Assembly: GCA_903831825.1 (NCBI GenBank)
Contig: CAIKZE010000219.1
Span: 2,025-66,024, forward strand
Direction: 5' to 3'
DNA from: an uncultured Lentisphaeria bacterium
Lineage (GTDB): Bacteria > Verrucomicrobiota > Lentisphaeria > Victivallales > Victivallaceae
Length of the DNA stretch: 64,000 nucleotides
Both the position numbers and the translations under genes were made by a program. Under the pieces are notes generated by a model. That model did no database searches, was not told the origin of the DNA, and was given only the letters and a program-made list of their open reading frames with translations. This document shows, piece after piece, positions 54,694 to 62,903 of this stretch (position 1 is its first letter; each line of letters begins with the position of its first letter).

Positions 54694-57066
54694 ATGGCGA
54701 TTCAAAATAAAATGGTTGTCTTTTTCGTAATGTCCCTGATGGCGTTGGGCAATATAAGTATTGCCGGCGGCAAATGCGCGATCCTGTTGCCGGAAAGCCG
54801 GCCGGGACTCGAAGCGCCGGCCAGGGTGTACGAGCAGGCTGCGGCGTTCAAAAACTTTCTGTTGGAGAATCGCCTTGATGTGGATTTGATAACCGATGTG
54901 ATGATTGATACCGGCAAAACAGATTTTGCCAAATATCAGACCATTTTCATCTGGAATCTTTTCCCGTGGTCGGATGTTGTCTGGAGTAAGGCGGAAAATT
55001 ATGTCCGGAACGGCGGAACTTTATTTTGGCAGGGTAATGTGCTTAGGGGCGCAAGGCTCACGGACGAATATCTGAACAAACTACAGACGCTGGCCGGAGT
55101 AAAATTTGGAGAATATCAGAGCGATCCGCTGCTGGGGAATGGAATCATTAATCGTTTTATGTGGATAAGAACGCTGAAACCGTCAGGTCAGCCGCTCCCT
55201 TTGTTATGGCAGGATGAAGAGCCGGGAATGTTTGCGTCTTTCTCCGGAGAGGCCTTTAAGCTGGAGGCCGTTGATGGCGGAGTAGCGGTTGCGGAATGGG
55301 TTCAGCGTGACCGCAAAACCGGTGACGGCGTCGCGGCTGTGGTAAAATGCTACCCCGGAAATGGCAAAACGGTATTTCTTTCCTCCTATTCATTTATTAT
55401 GGCTGGAATTAAATCTGACGATCTGCCGGCACTGCACAGCAGGAAGATGCTTAAGGAATATCTGAGATTCCTGGGAGCCGTTCCCGTCGCCGCCCCGGTG
55501 GCTAAAGTGCGCCAGGAGCCGGTCAATATGCGTGAAATCAATCCGGACTATTCATGTCCGCGCGCAATGTGGATATGGAATATCGATTTCGGACTCGACG
55601 ATAAAGAATCAGACCGGCTTATCAACTTCTGTAACTTGAGAAAAATCAATGTCCTCTATTTTTACACGGGCAAGGCTGCGATGTTCAAGGAAGAACCAAG
55701 CCTCCAATATTTGAAAAGATTCCTGCGGAAAGCCCATGCCGCAGGCATAAAAGTACATGGACTGGATGGCTGGAATGACGCGTTTCTGCCGGAAAAACAG
55801 CCGGATTTTCTGGCGGCAATACAGCGGATTCTTGATTACAATAAACAGGTTGCGGAGGAAGAACGGTTTGACGGATTCCAGTCAGATGTGGAGCCGGTGA
55901 CATTTAAAGGCTATCATCAATCTGTTGAAGATAAAAAGCGAATTGATCTCCAGTTCATCGAACTGCACGCCAAAGGGCGCGATCTGATAACGCGGAGCGG
56001 ATTGAAGAATTTTGAGTACGGCCTGGCAATTCTCGAATCCTATGACAAGGATAAGCCGGAGACATACGTCACCTGGAACGGAAAAACCGGCAACGTTGCG
56101 GAACACGCGATTGACATTTTTGATTATTTCGCCATTATGTCCTATCACGACCTGGCTCGCGTAACCATAAAATCAGCGCAATATAATGTTGATTTGGCTG
56201 CCGCCAAAGGCAAAAAAGCCTTGATTGGCGCGGAAACACTGGACATTTTTACTAAATACCAGGGCTCCAGAGAGATTACTTTTTATGAAGAAGGCGTCGA
56301 TGAAATGGAAAAAGAACTGAAGAAGGTTTACCATCATTTCAAAGACAACAAAGGGTTCGGCGGTTTCGCGATACACCACTATGACTCCTACCGCACGCTT
56401 CCGGATAAGCCGCGTCAGATTGTGTCTATCGCCGCGCCGGAACTTAAAGCGGAAAAACTCGAAAAACCGGAAGTCGGTAAAATTATCTGGCGGAAAAAAT
56501 ATCCATTGCTGCTGAACCGGCAGGAGCAGGTGATTTATTCCAAAAAAGACTGGAAAGGCCCGCTGGACCTGAGCGCGGCGGTCTGGTTCGGCTATACTCA
56601 AGACGCGCTCTATTTGCGGGCTGAAATCAAAGACGACGTGATTCTGACAAAAGAGTCCGGCAGCGACATGTGGAAACGCGATCACGTCGAATTGTGGGTT
56701 AATATACCGGGGGAAGAGGATTCTTTTCAGGCGGGAATGACTCCGATGGAATTTGACAAACTGCTCAATAATGCTTATGTATGGCTTCCGGCACGTTTAT
56801 CGGAAGCGGAACGATTGAAGCTGGCCGCGCAGATAGCGTACAAGTTTGAAAAAAGCAGTGATGGTTATATTTTAGAATGCAAAGTGCCTTATGCTGCTTT
56901 GGGCGCCGGCTTTGATGCCGTTGCCAAGCACGGATTGAATGTGTTATTTGAAGTCGGAGACTCCGACAATATGAACGACGCCCCGAAAACGCAGATATCC
57001 AATGCTCCGGGAAAAAGCCGGGGAAAAGCCGAAACCTATTCAAAACTGGTTTTGATAAAAGAATAA
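54694..57066 (+). CDS. Secreted three-part protein: GATase/ThuA-like N-domain, TIM-barrel-like middle domain, CBM9-like C-domain
   Basis: 790-aa ORF with a signal peptide. The middle domain is paralogous to 53626-54660. The C-terminus (DALYLRAEIKDDVI...DHVELWV...LFEVGDSD) resembles CBM9/DOMON-like sugar-binding domains. Confidence 0.7.
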   Translation: MAIQNKMVVFFVMSLMALGNISIAGGKCAILLPESRPGLEAPARVYEQAAAFKNFLLENRLDVDLITDVMIDTGKTDFAKYQTIFIWNLFPWSDVVWSKAENYVRNGGTLFWQGNVLRGARLTDEYLNKLQTLAGVKFGEYQSDPLLGNGIINRFMWIRTLKPSGQPLPLLWQDEEPGMFASFSGEAFKLEAVDGGVAVAEWVQRDRKTGDGVAAVVKCYPGNGKTVFLSSYSFIMAGIKSDDLPALHSRKMLKEYLRFLGAVPVAAPVAKVRQEPVNMREINPDYSCPRAMWIWNIDFGLDDKESDRLINFCNLRKINVLYFYTGKAAMFKEEPSLQYLKRFLRKAHAAGIKVHGLDGWNDAFLPEKQPDFLAAIQRILDYNKQVAEEERFDGFQSDVEPVTFKGYHQSVEDKKRIDLQFIELHAKGRDLITRSGLKNFEYGLAILESYDKDKPETYVTWNGKTGNVAEHAIDIFDYFAIMSYHDLARVTIKSAQYNVDLAAAKGKKALIGAETLDIFTKYQGSREITFYEEGVDEMEKELKKVYHHFKDNKGFGGFAIHHYDSYRTLPDKPRQIVSIAAPELKAEKLEKPEVGKIIWRKKYPLLLNRQEQVIYSKKDWKGPLDLSAAVWFGYTQDALYLRAEIKDDVILTKESGSDMWKRDHVELWVNIPGEEDSFQAGMTPMEFDKLLNNAYVWLPARLSEAERLKLAAQIAYKFEKSSDGYILECKVPYAALGAGFDAVAKHGLNVLFEVGDSDNMNDAPKTQISNAPGKSRGKAETYSKLVLIKE

Positions 57067-57068
57067 TT

Positions 57069-58190
57069 ATGAAAAAAGACAAACAATTACTAAATGCCGA
57101 GAGCATTATCGACTGCATTGCCGAAAACGGTACGGTCACTCAGATTCAGGTGGAAAAGCAGATACACCTGAAACGTACTTCTGTTTTCAATATTTTTGAA
57201 GAGTTGAAAAATGCCGGGTTGATTATTTCTCCATCTTCTTCCCCGACAGTTCAGAAAGGCCGTCCGCGGTCATTGTGGACGCTCAATCCGCGGGTCGCGG
57301 CTTTCATGATGGTTTATATCAACAGTAAACATAACTATTTTGTGCTTACGGATTTTAACGGCAATCAAATTTTTAATGAAAGCAGCCCATTTTCCGAAAA
57401 CATTGATGATGCCATTGCCGGCACTGCGGAAAAATACCGGGAATGGCAGGCCAAATACAAAATAGCCGGAATCATGATTGCAATTTCCGCCAAAATGGAT
57501 TTTGACCGTGGTGAAATTATCGCCTCTTCCATCTGGAAATTAAAAGGGTTTCCGCTGAAAGAAAAACTTCTGGAAGCATGCGGCATTGATAACGAAAACC
57601 AGCTTCTGCTGGTGGAAAATAATGCCCGGCTGGGTGCATGGGGCGAGTTTTGTTTCGGCCCCAGCATAGGTACTAGCAATCTGCTTACGCTGCATATTTA
57701 TCAGGGGCGGCGGAACGGCAGAAATCTTTTCATCGGACTGGGCAGCGGGATTATCCTTGACGGACGCCTGTTCCGGGGATTTCGCGGCGGCGCCGGAGAG
57801 TTGGACCGCTCCTGCTATGACTGGTTTGAAAAAATATACGAAAAAGACAAGTTTCCGACGGCGCTGAACGAACTTGATCAGACCTCGCTTAAATTCTTCG
57901 CCGAAAAACTTGGCGAAGGCTTCGCGCACATGGTCAACTATCTGGCTCCGCAACGAATGGTGGTGGTGTTTGACCATGAAAATGTCTCCATGGAATTCAT
58001 TCAAATCTTACGCCAGTCGGTGAAAAGGAATTTAATCATTCCGGAGGCCGATTTCTTCCCGATAGAAATTTCCTCCGAAGGCGTAAACCTTGTCTTGAAG
58101 GGCGGTATCGCGTTGCTGCGGCAGATATATTTCAACCGCAGCGAACCTCTTACCAGATTACTCTGCCAAACGCTTCATTCCGCGAAATAA
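57069..58190 (+). CDS. ROK-family regulator (second copy in the window; Zn-cluster motif not evident)
   Basis: 373-aa ORF with an N-terminal wHTH (VTQIQVEKQIHLKRTSVFNIFEELK) and a ROK/sugar-kinase-like body (NNARLGAWGE, GGAGE). Starts 2 nt after the previous stop. Confidence 0.7.
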   Translation: MKKDKQLLNAESIIDCIAENGTVTQIQVEKQIHLKRTSVFNIFEELKNAGLIISPSSSPTVQKGRPRSLWTLNPRVAAFMMVYINSKHNYFVLTDFNGNQIFNESSPFSENIDDAIAGTAEKYREWQAKYKIAGIMIAISAKMDFDRGEIIASSIWKLKGFPLKEKLLEACGIDNENQLLLVENNARLGAWGEFCFGPSIGTSNLLTLHIYQGRRNGRNLFIGLGSGIILDGRLFRGFRGGAGELDRSCYDWFEKIYEKDKFPTALNELDQTSLKFFAEKLGEGFAHMVNYLAPQRMVVVFDHENVSMEFIQILRQSVKRNLIIPEADFFPIEISSEGVNLVLKGGIALLRQIYFNRSEPLTRLLCQTLHSAK

Positions 58191-58200
58191 TCCATCGGTA

Positions 58201-59004
58201 TTATTTCAGGTTGAGCACGTCCTGCATGTCGTACAAACCGGGTTTGGCGGTATACAGGAACCTGGCGGCGCGCAGCGCCCCCTTGGCAAAAGTATCGCGG
58301 CTGGATGCCTTGTGCGTGAGTTCAATGCGTTCCCCGCCGGTGGCGAAAATCACCGTATGATCGCCGACAACATCGCCGCCGCGCACCGCATGCATGCCGA
58401 TTTCCTTTTTGGTCCTGGCGCCGACCATGCCTTCACGTCCATGCACGACCGCATCCGCGTATGAGAGGTTTCTGGCTTCGACAATGACTTCCGCCAGGCG
58501 CACGGCGGTGCCGCTGGGCGAATCTTTTTTCTGGTTGTGGTGCATTTCCACAATTTCAATGTCATAATCATCGCCCAGGATTTCAGTAACTTTGCGGCTG
58601 AGGTAAAATAACAGGTTGACGCCGACACTCATATTCGGCGCCAGGACCACTTTGCCGCCTTTGCCGGCCAGCGCTTTAAGCTCGGCTTTTTCGGCATCGG
58701 AAAGCGCCGTAGTGCCGATCACCACCGCGCAGCCCGCTTCAACAGCGGCGGCGGCGTTCGCCACGACGCTGCCGGTGCTGAAATCAATGATCGCATCCGC
58801 ATTTTTCAAAAGCGGCGCCAGCGACTCCGTGATTTTTACGCCGCATTCTTTACAGCCTGCCGCCAGCCCGGCGTCATTGCCGAGAAAAGGAGTTCCCGGA
58901 GCTTCAACAGCCCCCGCCAAAGCCAGGTCCTGCGACTCCAGGATATTGGCGACCAACCGCCTGCCCATTCTGCCGGCCGCGCCGATAATTATTATTTTGA
59001 TCAT
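58201..59004 (-). CDS. dapB: 4-hydroxy-tetrahydrodipicolinate reductase
   Basis: IIGAAGRMGR NAD-binding motif and EMHHNQKKDSPSGTA catalytic motif. Confidence 0.95.
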   Translation of the reverse strand: MIKIIIIGAAGRMGRRLVANILESQDLALAGAVEAPGTPFLGNDAGLAAGCKECGVKITESLAPLLKNADAIIDFSTGSVVANAAAAVEAGCAVVIGTTALSDAEKAELKALAGKGGKVVLAPNMSVGVNLLFYLSRKVTEILGDDYDIEIVEMHHNQKKDSPSGTAVRLAEVIVEARNLSYADAVVHGREGMVGARTKKEIGMHAVRGGDVVGDHTVIFATGGERIELTHKASSRDTFAKGALRAARFLYTAKPGLYDMQDVLNLK

Positions 59005-59056
59005 AAATTCATCTCCGTTTTATTCTTTCATTTAATATGGTTTGGATCTCGAAATT

Positions 59057-60937
59057 TTAAAGGTCCGGAATCTTCAACTGTTTCTCTTTCGGCGTCCACA
59101 TGATTTCCTGCTGGATGCTCATTGACGCCGGAAACTTATGAACATTCTGATAGCGGCTGGATAACGCCAGCAGCGTATAAGGCGAGAACAGGAACGTGTA
59201 CGGCTGTTCTTCATGCAGCAGCCGGTGAAACTGGAAGCACAATTCGACCCGTTTCTTGTGGTCAAAAGTTACTCTCAATTCATCAATAATCCGGTCGGCT
59301 TCGGCGTTCTTGAACCCGTAATTGCTGCTGAACGGTTTGTCGGCTTCGCTGGAATGCCAGAGCTGATAGAGGTCGGGCTCGTAAGCGATTGTCCAGCGAA
59401 GCGTGCAGGCGTCAAAATCCTTTTGCTCCAGTCGCTGTAAATACACGGACCATTCCAGGATCTGAATTTTCATTTGGACTCCGCCTTTGGCCATGTCTTC
59501 CTTGATCAACGGCAGCATTTTCTCCTGAAGAGAGCTGTTCGCCACCTGCAAGATGGTAAACTCAAACTTTTTGCCGTCTTTTTCGAGGACTCCGTCGCCG
59601 TCAATATCTTTCCAGCCGGCTTCCGCCAGCAGGGCTTTGGCTTTTTCAACATTAAATTCATAGGGCTTGATGCTCTTGTCATAATAGGGGCTGTCGTAGT
59701 AAAGCGGTCCGGTCACAATCTCACCCAGCCCGAAATACGCGTCTTTCAAAATTTTTTCCTTGTCCACCAGACATGACAGCGCCTGGCGCACCCGCTTGTC
59801 CTGAAACAGCGGATTATGCAAATTGTAACCGACATAGGCAAATGTCCTGGAAAGATATTTCAGTTTACTCAGCTTGCCGTTTGGACCAAATTCCGGAATA
59901 TCAGTGCGGTTCCTCCACTGTTCCGGCAGCAAGTCCATCCGGTCAATTCCTCCGGAAAGCAGCGATTGAAAACAGGTGTTCGGATGTTTGATAATTTCAA
60001 ATGCTGTATATTTTATTGGCGGCGCAATGCCAAGTTTATCGCCGAAAAAGTTCTCATAGCGGGAGAGAACCACCCGGCGGTCCTTATCCCAGCGCAGCAG
60101 CCGGTACGGGCCGCAACCGACAATCATCCGGTTCCGCTGATGGTCGTCGTTAAACTTTTTCGCGTCAAACGGACCTGCATAGGCATGGTACAAATGTTTG
60201 GGCAGCGGACTTAAGCCGAGAGTCAGTTCCAGCGATTGATAATACGGCATCTTCCAGTAAACCTTGAATTCATAATCAGAGAGAACTTCAATTTTTTCAA
60301 GGTCTTTGTAATAGACCCGCATCGAAGCGCAATTGGTGTCCGGATCATTTATCACATCCGCATAGAATTTAAAATCCCGGGCGGTTACTTCTTTGTTTTT
60401 CCATTCTTTCCCGGTTACCGGGTCGGTGAAGTCCTGCCAGGTGATGCCTTTTCTCAGCTTGATCGAGTAGATTTTTTTATCCGGTGAAATCGTCCAGCTT
60501 TCCGCCATCAGCGGTTCAAATATCTCCGGTTTTTCAAAATTGCGGTCAGCCAGCGACGAATTACAAAACCCGTTTATCAAACTTACAGTGTAGTCGTTAT
60601 TGATTAAAGGATTCATATTGCCGACATCGGCGGAGATGGAAGTAATAATCCGGTCGCCGGGCGTGGCGTTCCGGTCGTAAAACTCCAAATTGGATATTTT
60701 CTCCGGAGATTTTTCTTCTGCCGTCGCGCTTGCCGGTTGAACCGCAGTAGCCGCCGCCGCAGTCATTCCTTTATTCTTCATTTGCTGCAGCGTGTCACTC
60801 ATTTCCGACAACTTTTTCTGCATGTCCATATAATCAAAATGCACCCGGTCAACCGCGTTGATCAGAATCACGCCCAACAGAATCACCGCCATGACCAGGA
60901 TCGTGGCAATTATATTCAAATAAAAGTTTCGATTCAT
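59057..60937 (-). CDS. ABC transporter substrate-binding protein, family 5 (Opp/Dpp-like), N-terminal TM anchor
   Basis: 626-aa ORF with an N-terminal hydrophobic anchor and an SBP_bac_5-like body (WTISPDKKIYSIKLRKGITWQD). Confidence 0.75.
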   Translation of the reverse strand: MNRNFYLNIIATILVMAVILLGVILINAVDRVHFDYMDMQKKLSEMSDTLQQMKNKGMTAAAATAVQPASATAEEKSPEKISNLEFYDRNATPGDRIITSISADVGNMNPLINNDYTVSLINGFCNSSLADRNFEKPEIFEPLMAESWTISPDKKIYSIKLRKGITWQDFTDPVTGKEWKNKEVTARDFKFYADVINDPDTNCASMRVYYKDLEKIEVLSDYEFKVYWKMPYYQSLELTLGLSPLPKHLYHAYAGPFDAKKFNDDHQRNRMIVGCGPYRLLRWDKDRRVVLSRYENFFGDKLGIAPPIKYTAFEIIKHPNTCFQSLLSGGIDRMDLLPEQWRNRTDIPEFGPNGKLSKLKYLSRTFAYVGYNLHNPLFQDKRVRQALSCLVDKEKILKDAYFGLGEIVTGPLYYDSPYYDKSIKPYEFNVEKAKALLAEAGWKDIDGDGVLEKDGKKFEFTILQVANSSLQEKMLPLIKEDMAKGGVQMKIQILEWSVYLQRLEQKDFDACTLRWTIAYEPDLYQLWHSSEADKPFSSNYGFKNAEADRIIDELRVTFDHKKRVELCFQFHRLLHEEQPYTFLFSPYTLLALSSRYQNVHKFPASMSIQQEIMWTPKEKQLKIPDL

Positions 60938-61027
60938 AATTTAATGCCTCTTTGTGCTCCGCGTTAATCGTTTCCACATAATATACCTCCCTGCATGAAT
61001 TTGAAAACCGGAAATAAAAAAATTCCG

Positions 61028-62160
61028 TTATGATACTGGCCATCTGAACAACAGAATACCGTTCCCATAATTCCCATTCCTCTCATAATTTTCCTTCTTT
61101 GCTTTCCGGCCCATGCAGCCAGTCACCGCAACATTTTGGACACCGGCACGCTTCCCGCAGTTGCGGGTGACGCCACCGTCCGAGACAGACAGGTCGGACA
61201 CCCGCCTCCCACATTTTGGACACCGCCTCGTAGATTCTGGACACTCGACTCCGAGTCGTTGGAGTGTCCTTGTGCGGAACGGTTCCGGTGTAGTGTTCTC
61301 GCTCTGCGAGAGAGGTTCCGGTCTGCCGTCCGAGACGGACGGCGCTACAACAAAGCCATTTTGGACACCCCGTCCGAGACGGACGGCACTACACCAAAGC
61401 CATTTTGGACACCCCCGTCCGAGACGGACGGCGCTACACCAAAGCCATTTTGGACACCCCCGTCCGAGACGGACGGCGCTACACCAAAGCCATTTTGGAC
61501 ACCCCCGTCCGAGACGGACGGCACTACAACAAAGCCGCGTCTTGGACATCCTCTGAGCATATTTTGGACACATGTGCCCACTCCCATTCTCCCCATTCTT
61601 CCCATCAGTCTTAAAAAACATTTTGGACATTTTGGACACTTGTTGTGCAAGACCGTTTTTCCTTTTTTCACAATTCACCAGTTACCATTCACATTCTTTA
61701 CATTTCCGAGATTTTGGAGACCGCTTTGAGGCTGTTGTTATTTTGTTTTCTCATTTTCAATTCTCAATTTTCCATTTTCAATTGTGTGTCCGGTTAAGAT
61801 TTTCGTTAACTGATACCATTTTTGCCTTCCGTTCCAGTCCGACCATTTTGGACACCACATCCCCTCATTTGGGACAGGTCGGACTAGTCGGACAGCTCGG
61901 ACACCCGCCTCGCAGATTCTGGACATCCCCGCGCCTCATCTTGGACACTGGCTCCACTCAACGGTTTTATGAGACTTATGGGGGCGCCTATGATTTTAGA
62001 CACAACTCCGTATCCTTCCCATTCTTCCCATCGGCATTGGCCGATAGCATCGCGCATTTCCGAGACATAGAGAGCCATTGAACAGAACGGTTTCATTTTT
62101 CAACTATTCACCAGTCACCTAATTGTCTCTACATATATAGTGATTTTGTCAATAAGAACG
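61028..62160. repeat. Mosaic intergenic repeat array B, paralogous to array A
   Basis: Shares modules with array A. The 23-mer ggttaagattttcgttaactgat is identical at 8793 and 61791. About 60 nt starting catt(c/t)ccgagat(g/t)ttggagaccgc are ~85% identical by hand alignment between 8488 and 61699. ttcccatcggcatt, the ccgtccgagacggacgg hairpins, ttttggaca words and TCCCAT micro-repeats also recur. Confidence 0.85.
61325..61548 (+). repeat. Five tandem 44-45-bp units, each a 7-bp-stem hairpin plus a ctacaMcaaagccattttggacacc tail
   Basis: Units start at 61325, 61369, 61414, 61459 and 61504. The last unit has a diverged tail. Confidence 0.9.
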
Positions 62161-62315
62161 GAGAGAACAGGCTCGAATAAAGCTTTTTCCCGGCACATTA
62201 TTTTTGCAGCCGGAATGAACTATTTCTGTAAAATAATTAATTTGCCAGTTGAAAATGAATCAATAATAAGTTATTATTAAGATATAACATAATTAAATAG
62301 TGTAATATAATAATA

Positions 62316-62903
62316 ATGAAACCTATTGACGAAGAACGGCTTTATCAGGCGTTGAAATTACTGGAGGAACTTCTGGGAATCGCCCATGCCCCGCATTTTG
62401 AATTGGTCATCTGCGGCGGTTCGGCGTTGATTGCTACCGGGCTGGTCCGCAGAACCACCAGGGATGTGGATGTTGTGGCGATGCTCAAGGGAGATATGGA
62501 ATTAGCCGATCCGGAGCCGTTTCCGGCCATACTTGAACAGGCGGCACGGAAGGTTGCGGCCAGCCTTGGCTTGCCGCACGATTGGCTGAATTGCGGCCCA
62601 TGCGACCTTTTTCGCATGGGACTGCCGGAAGGATTTGTCGGGCGTCTGGAAAAACATGGCATTGGGCCATGCCTGACAGTCCATTTTATCGGCAGACTGG
62701 ATCAGATTCATTTCAAACTATACGCTTCAGTTGATCGCGGCGGGTATCATATTGATGATCTGTTGGCCTTGCACCCAGCCGACGAGGAACTGGTTGCCGC
62801 TGCTCAATGGTCAATGAGCCATGATGTCTCGGAAGGATATGTGCTGCTGTTAAAAGAACTGTTACGGAGAATTGGCTATGGCAATGCCGCCGAAAGAATT
62901 TAG
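62316..62903 (+). CDS. Minimal nucleotidyltransferase-fold protein (DUF6036/AbiEii-like)
   Basis: 195-aa ORF. VICGGSALIATGLVRRTTRDVDVVA fits the GS...DxD NTase motif. AT-rich upstream region. Confidence 0.5.
   Translation: MKPIDEERLYQALKLLEELLGIAHAPHFELVICGGSALIATGLVRRTTRDVDVVAMLKGDMELADPEPFPAILEQAARKVAASLGLPHDWLNCGPCDLFRMGLPEGFVGRLEKHGIGPCLTVHFIGRLDQIHFKLYASVDRGGYHIDDLLALHPADEELVAAAQWSMSHDVSEGYVLLLKELLRRIGYGNAAERI

Noticed and set aside
61028-62096. ORFs inside array B, including a 216-aa minus-strand ORF with 15-aa repeats (CSAVRLGRGCPKWLW)
   Set aside because: Five ORFs in different frames and on both strands cover the same DNA. The 15-aa periodicity simply reflects the 45-bp hairpin unit, and the first unit is 44 bp. 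No start context is present.
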